From contig JAAYBL010000013.1 of assembly GCA_012718945.1 (NCBI GenBank), positions 692 through 64,691 on the forward strand: a stretch of DNA of 64,000 nt. The letters are read 5' to 3'. Of this stretch, positions 58,826 to 64,000 are shown in pieces. Within the stretch, counting starts at the first letter, position 1; each line of letters starts with the position of its first letter. The translations under genes and the position numbers were made by a program. The DNA comes from Bacteroidales bacterium (lineage in GTDB: Bacteria; Bacteroidota; Bacteroidia; Bacteroidales; UBA1402). The notes below the pieces were generated by a model. The model worked only from the letters and a program-made list of their open reading frames with translations, searched no databases and was not told the DNA's origin.

Positions 58826-61800
58826 ATGCCCTCTATTGCATTCATCGACGCCGAAATTGATCCGAAACGGAAGACTGTGCTCGAAATAGGTGGGGTGAAG
58901 GATAGTGGTGCGGTGTACCATGGTGCCGATCTGGTGGGGTTCAGGCGGTTTTTGGACGGGGTGCCCTATGTGGCTGGACACAACATCCTGGAACACGACA
59001 TCAAGTACCTGGGCAACCAGACCGGTGCCAGGCTGATTGATACCCTGCCGCTGTCGCCCCTGTTGTTTCCCATCAAACCCTATCACGCCCTGCTTAAGGA
59101 CGACAAACTGCAGACCGACGAGACCAACAACCCCCTGAACGATGCCATGAAGGCCAGGGACCTGTTTTTCGACGAGGTGGCCGCCTATGGCCGGTTGGAT
59201 GAGGCCATGAAGCTGGTACTGTTTGGTTTGTTGGTCAGTCAGCCGACGTTCCAGGCGTTTTTCCAGTTTGTTGGCGTGGGACCCACCTCAAACGCTGGAC
59301 CCACCTCTGGCGCAGAACTCTCCTCAGGTGTGGGACCTTCGGCTTCAAACCTCGAACACCTGATCCGGCAGCGATTTGAAACAGCTCTCTGCAGCCATGC
59401 CGATGTTGGCACGATGCTTCAAGCGCAACCGGTGGCCTTGGCCTACGCCCTGTCGTTGATTAACGCCCTGGAGCGACGTAACGACGTGCGTTCCATCACG
59501 CCACCCTGGGTGTTGCACAAGCACCCCGAGGTAGAACGCATCCTGTATGCCCTGCGCAACAAACCCTGCCTGCCTGGTTGCCCCTATTGCAACAAAGCAC
59601 TGGACATCCACAAAGGGTTGTTGCGTTTCTTTGGTTTTGAAGCGTTCAGAACCTACGGTGGAGAGCCCCTGCAGGAAAAAGCGGCCCAGGCCGCGGTGGA
59701 CAACCGTTCCCTCCTGGCCATTTTCCCCACGGGCGGCGGCAAATCCCTGACCTTCCAACTGCCGGCCTTGATGAGCGGGGAGAACGTGCGGGGATTGACC
59801 GTGGTCATTTCCCCCCTGCAATCGCTGATGAAAGACCAAGTGGACAACCTCGAAAAGGCCGGCATCACCGATGCGGTGACCATCAACGGCTTGCTCGATC
59901 CCATCGAACGCGCCAAGGCCATGGAGCGGGTAAACAACGGCTCGGCCAGTTTGTTGTACATTGCCCCCGAATCCCTGCGCTCCAGAACTATGGAACGCTT
60001 GCTGTTGGGTCGGAAGTTGGTCCGCTTTGTCATCGATGAAGCCCACTGTTTCTCAGCCTGGGGTCAGGATTTCCGGGTGGACTACCTGTACATCGGCGAT
60101 TTTATCCGACGGATGCAAACCCTGAAGCAGCTCAGCGACCCCATCCCCGTGTCCTGTTTCACCGCCACAGCCAGGTTGTCGGTGATTGCCGACATCAGGC
60201 AGTATTTCAGGGATAAACTGGGCCTGGAATTAGACCTGTTTACAGCCAACGCCACCCGCACCAACCTGCGTTACGCCGTCACGGCCCTGAACGACGAAGA
60301 AGAAAAATACCAGACCGTCAGGGCGTTGATTGAGGCCAAGCGCTGTTCGAGTATCCTCTACGTGTCAAGGACCCACAAAGCCGATGTGTTGGCCCAACGC
60401 CTCTGTCAGGACGGCATCCAGGCCAGGCCCTTCCACGGCAAAATGGACACCAACGACAAGACCGCCAACCAGAACGCCTTTCTGGCCGGCGAGGTCCCCG
60501 TGATGGTGGCTACGTCAGCCTTTGGCATGGGGGTGGACAAAAAAGACGTGGGGTTGGTGGTGCACTACGAAATCGCCGATTCCTTGGAAAACTACGTGCA
60601 GGAAGCTGGCAGGGCAGGGCGGGATGAGGCCATCACGGCCGATTGCCATGTGTTGTTCAACGAGGAAGACCTGTCCAAGCATTTCATCCTGTTGAACCAG
60701 ACCAAACTGTCCATCAAGGAGATCCGGCAAGTGTGGAAAGCCATCAAGGAACTCACCCATTTTCGGTCAACGGTCTCTTACTCGGCCCTCGAAATTGCCC
60801 GCAAAGCCGGTTGGGACGATGGCGTGATGGACATTGAAACCCGGTTGAAGACGGCCGTGGCTGCCCTGGAAAACGCCGGCTACCTGCGACGTGGCCAAAA
60901 CATCCCCCATGTCTATGCCAACAGCATCCTCACCAAAAACGCCCAAGAAGCCATCGACAAAATCCGTTCGTCGCCCCGCTTCAGTGAGCGTGAGCAAGTA
61001 AATGCCACGCGCATCATCAAAAAATTGTTTTCGGTGAAAAGCCGTCGGCACACCAACGACGAAACCCCCGAATCGCGCATTGACTACATCAGCGACCAAT
61101 TGGGCCTGGAAAAGGAGACAGTCATCCACCTGATTAATCTGTTGCGCGAAGAACGCATCCTGGCCGACTCCAAAGACCTCACCGCCTTTATCAAGCGGGG
61201 AGAAGCCAAAAACCGCCCCCTCAAGGTGCTGGAAGCGTTTCGCGCCATGGAAACGGCGCTGTTGCCATTACTCACGGAGGAAGAACAAACCTTCAACCTC
61301 AAGGACCTGAACGAATCGTTTGCAGAGCAAGGCTGCCCCGATGTCAGCGTACCACGCCTTAAAACCTTGCTCACCATCTGGGCCATCAAACAATGGGTCC
61401 GGCGATCCAACCTGCCTTACTCCAACAACCACGTAGCCCTCCAGGCCCTCGATCAGCAAGCGTCACTGCGCAATAAGCTGGAAAAACGTCACGAACTGGC
61501 CCGATTTATCGTGGAGCTCCTCTACGAGCGGAGTGTAAAAGAAGCCCTCAAGGAAACCACCAAAGAAACATCCAAAGAACCTCCCAAAGACACCGCAGAG
61601 GACATTCTGGTGGAGTTTTCCGTTAAGGAGCTCAAAACCGCCTTCGAGGCCAGTCAACGCCTGTTTTTTAACCAGGCCATCAGCATGGACGACGTCGAGG
61701 ATGCCCTGTTTTACCTGTCGAGGATAGAGGCCATCAAGTTGGAAGGCGGTTTCCTTGTGTTGTACAACAGCTTGACCATCGAACGGCTGGAAACCGACAA

Positions 61801-63847
61801 CCGCAAGCAATATACCAAGGAAGACTACGAAACCCTCAACCGGTTTTACGAAAATAAGGTGCAGCAGATACACATCGTGGGCGAGTACGCCACCAAGATG
61901 GTCGAAGACTACAAGGCCGCCCTGCAGTTTGTGGAAGACTATTTCAGGCTGAACTACACCACGTTTCTAGGGAAATATTTCCCCGGTAAGAAGGCTGAAA
62001 CCCTATCGTTGAAGATGACGCCGGCCAAGTTCAAGCAACTGTTTGGGACGCTCACGCCAGCCCAGTTGGCCATCATCAACGACAACACCTCCAAACACAT
62101 CGTGGTGGCAGCCGGCCCTGGCAGTGGCAAGACCAAGGTGTTGGTGCACAAATTGGCGTCGCTCGTGCTCATGGAAGACGTGAAACACGAACAATTGCTC
62201 ATGCTCACGTTTTCGAGGGCAGCCGCCACCGAGTTTAAAAAACGCTTGCTCTCGCTTATTGGTCACGCCGCCAACTTCATTGAGATCAAAACCTTTCACG
62301 CCTATTGCTTCGACCTGTTGGGCCGAGTGGGGAGCCTGGAAAAATCGGACGATATCTTAAAGACCACGGTGGAGCTGATCCGCCACCGCGAAGTGGAAGC
62401 CAGCCGCATCACGAAAACCGTGTTGGTCATCGATGAGGCCCAGGACATGAACGCCGACGAATTTGAACTGGTCAAGGCCCTGATGGAACACAACGACGAC
62501 ATGCGTGTGATTGCGGTGGGCGATGACGACCAGAACATCTTCGAGTTCAGAGGTGCAAGCGCCGTGTACCTGGAACAATTCATTCACAACTACCAGGCTA
62601 CGAAGTACGAGCTGGTGGAGAACTTCCGCAGCCGGCAAAACCTGGTTGCCTTCACCAACCTCTTTGTCCAACGCTTGCGCCACCGCCTCAAGCACACCCC
62701 CATCATGGCCAGGCAAACCGAGAACGGCCGCCTGACCATCGTGCGCCACAGCAGTCCCCACTTGCTTACCCCCTTGGTCGAGGATATCGTGGCCAGCAGT
62801 CGGTATGGTACAACCGCCGTTCTGACCCGCACCAACGACGAGGCCCTGCAGGTCACCGGTTTGCTGCGCCACTATGGTCTCCCTGCCAGGCTGGTGCAAA
62901 CCAACGATGGCTTTTCGCTGACCAACCTGGCCGAGTTTCGTTATTTCCTTGAGCAACTGGCTCGCTTCAGTGGCTCATCAAACGATCACACCACGCCACA
63001 GCGCCTGCAAGTAATCACGGATGAAACCTGGCAACGCGCCCGCCGCGCCCTCAACCATCAGTATTCCTGTAGCGATAAGATTGACCTCTGCAACGCCCTG
63101 CTGCACGACTTCGAAGCCGCTAATCCCAACCGCAAATACGCCTCCGACCTGGACGTCTTCCTGCGGGAATCCAACCTCGAGGACGCCTTCCACCACCCCG
63201 TCGATAGCCTCAACTCGGGTGGCGCCATCCACTGCCCCGAAGCATCCCTCCATGCCGCTGGGGATTCCTTCCATGCCGCTGGGGGTTCCCTTTTTGCCCC
63301 CGACACCTCCCTCTTGGTCTCCACCATTCACCGCGCCAAGGGCAAGGAGTTTGACTCCGTTTTCCTGCTCCTCAACGACTACACCCCCACGACCGACGAA
63401 GCCAACCGCCTCATCTACGTCGCCATGACCCGCGCCAAACGCAACCTGAGCATCCACCTGAACACTGACTTCCTTGATACGCTGAAGACCCCGTCTGTCG
63501 AATTCATCCTGGACAACACCCCCTACGAGCCAGCTCCCGAACTCACCCTACACCTCACCCACAAAGACGTCTGGCTCGACTTCTTCAGCCACCGGCAACG
63601 TATCCTGTCCACGTTGATGAGCGGCCAAAGCCTCACCTACGACGGCGAGTCCTGCCTCAACAACAACGGTCAAACCGTCCTCCGCTTTTCCCAACACTTC
63701 CTCAAGCAACTCGCCACCCTCCAGGCCAACGGCTACACCCTCGCCACCGTCACCATCAACGTGGTTGTGTACTGGAAAAAAGAAGGCGACGAAAAGGCCA
63801 TTCGTATTGTGCTGCCTGAGTGTGGGTTTAAACGGGAATTGCTATAA
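58826..63847 (+). CDS. Giant fusion protein: DEDD 3'-5' exonuclease, RecQ-type helicase and UvrD-type helicase
   Basis: Exonuclease motifs are AFIDAEIDP and GHNILEHDIKYL. RecQ motifs are PTGGGKSLTFQLPAL, VIDEAHCFSAWGQDFR, ATSAFGMGVDK and QEAGRAGRD. UvrD motifs are AAGPGSGKTKVL, LTFSRAAATEF, VIDEAQDMN, VGDDDQNIFEFRGA, ENFRS, STIHRAKGKEFDSVF and YVAMTRAK. The start is set at MPSIAFID (ATG at 58826). Confidence 0.85.
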   Translation: MPSIAFIDAEIDPKRKTVLEIGGVKDSGAVYHGADLVGFRRFLDGVPYVAGHNILEHDIKYLGNQTGARLIDTLPLSPLLFPIKPYHALLKDDKLQTDETNNPLNDAMKARDLFFDEVAAYGRLDEAMKLVLFGLLVSQPTFQAFFQFVGVGPTSNAGPTSGAELSSGVGPSASNLEHLIRQRFETALCSHADVGTMLQAQPVALAYALSLINALERRNDVRSITPPWVLHKHPEVERILYALRNKPCLPGCPYCNKALDIHKGLLRFFGFEAFRTYGGEPLQEKAAQAAVDNRSLLAIFPTGGGKSLTFQLPALMSGENVRGLTVVISPLQSLMKDQVDNLEKAGITDAVTINGLLDPIERAKAMERVNNGSASLLYIAPESLRSRTMERLLLGRKLVRFVIDEAHCFSAWGQDFRVDYLYIGDFIRRMQTLKQLSDPIPVSCFTATARLSVIADIRQYFRDKLGLELDLFTANATRTNLRYAVTALNDEEEKYQTVRALIEAKRCSSILYVSRTHKADVLAQRLCQDGIQARPFHGKMDTNDKTANQNAFLAGEVPVMVATSAFGMGVDKKDVGLVVHYEIADSLENYVQEAGRAGRDEAITADCHVLFNEEDLSKHFILLNQTKLSIKEIRQVWKAIKELTHFRSTVSYSALEIARKAGWDDGVMDIETRLKTAVAALENAGYLRRGQNIPHVYANSILTKNAQEAIDKIRSSPRFSEREQVNATRIIKKLFSVKSRRHTNDETPESRIDYISDQLGLEKETVIHLINLLREERILADSKDLTAFIKRGEAKNRPLKVLEAFRAMETALLPLLTEEEQTFNLKDLNESFAEQGCPDVSVPRLKTLLTIWAIKQWVRRSNLPYSNNHVALQALDQQASLRNKLEKRHELARFIVELLYERSVKEALKETTKETSKEPPKDTAEDILVEFSVKELKTAFEASQRLFFNQAISMDDVEDALFYLSRIEAIKLEGGFLVLYNSLTIERLETDNRKQYTKEDYETLNRFYENKVQQIHIVGEYATKMVEDYKAALQFVEDYFRLNYTTFLGKYFPGKKAETLSLKMTPAKFKQLFGTLTPAQLAIINDNTSKHIVVAAGPGSGKTKVLVHKLASLVLMEDVKHEQLLMLTFSRAAATEFKKRLLSLIGHAANFIEIKTFHAYCFDLLGRVGSLEKSDDILKTTVELIRHREVEASRITKTVLVIDEAQDMNADEFELVKALMEHNDDMRVIAVGDDDQNIFEFRGASAVYLEQFIHNYQATKYELVENFRSRQNLVAFTNLFVQRLRHRLKHTPIMARQTENGRLTIVRHSSPHLLTPLVEDIVASSRYGTTAVLTRTNDEALQVTGLLRHYGLPARLVQTNDGFSLTNLAEFRYFLEQLARFSGSSNDHTTPQRLQVITDETWQRARRALNHQYSCSDKIDLCNALLHDFEAANPNRKYASDLDVFLRESNLEDAFHHPVDSLNSGGAIHCPEASLHAAGDSFHAAGGSLFAPDTSLLVSTIHRAKGKEFDSVFLLLNDYTPTTDEANRLIYVAMTRAKRNLSIHLNTDFLDTLKTPSVEFILDNTPYEPAPELTLHLTHKDVWLDFFSHRQRILSTLMSGQSLTYDGESCLNNNGQTVLRFSQHFLKQLATLQANGYTLATVTINVVVYWKKEGDEKAIRIVLPECGFKRELL

Positions 63848-64000
63848 GCAAGCTGAACGGAAGACGGTTCACCTTTTTTGACTTCAATCCGGTGGATAAG
63901 CTGGAATCTCGTTTCTATTTCTCAAAAAACCAAGTAGATATGAAATATTCCGACCCATTTACTACCAACTACATAAAATAACACTACATTTGTCAATTGT

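Noticed and set aside
63940-63981. A 13-codon ORF (MKYSDPFTTNYIK) near the window end.
   Set aside because: It is too short to assess and has no supporting signal. The window ends before any context is visible.

Overview
This window looks like a chromosomal segment from a Bacteroidota bacterium. Three things support that: the type IX secretion genes porU-porV and porQ, TAnnTTTG -7 promoter motifs upstream of many genes, and synteny such as porQ-cmk-ispH and DUF1599-DoxX-tpiA. No transposase, integrase, CRISPR array or rRNA is visible. The only RNA gene found is tRNA-Ser(GGA).

Positions 1-32,400 are densely packed housekeeping genes:
- Translation and regulation: rpsI (5'-truncated), rpsB, tsf, a SUI1/YciH-like factor and rex.
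- Isoprenoid (MEP) pathway: ispF, ispD and ispH.
- DNA metabolism: xseAB and recG.
- Central metabolism: tpiA, cmk, pfkA and meaB.
- Folate and tRNA modification: folA, thyA and queA.
- Envelope: OmpA-type and beta-barrel outer membrane proteins.

Positions 32,400-64,000 look more accessory:
- An AddB-like PD-(D/E)XK nuclease with no helicase partner nearby.
- A carbohydrate-active enzyme set with no SusC/SusD genes in the window: PL11 rhamnogalacturonan lyase, a GH97-GH29 fusion protein under an AraC regulator, a second GH29, a second GH97 and a GH43.
- An HTH-cupin regulator next to a DUF4914-like P-loop protein.
- A beta-carbonic anhydrase followed by katG, then rsgA.
- A transglutaminase-like lipoprotein gene interrupted by one in-frame TAA.
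- A 1,673-aa protein fusing a DEDD exonuclease, a RecQ-type helicase and a UvrD-type helicase. This is the best candidate for an uncharacterised system.

Several ORF-track start codons lie inside or upstream of promoter motifs. I moved those starts to the internal ATG that gives a canonical N-terminus or signal peptide. All family assignments come from reading motifs by eye, with no database search.
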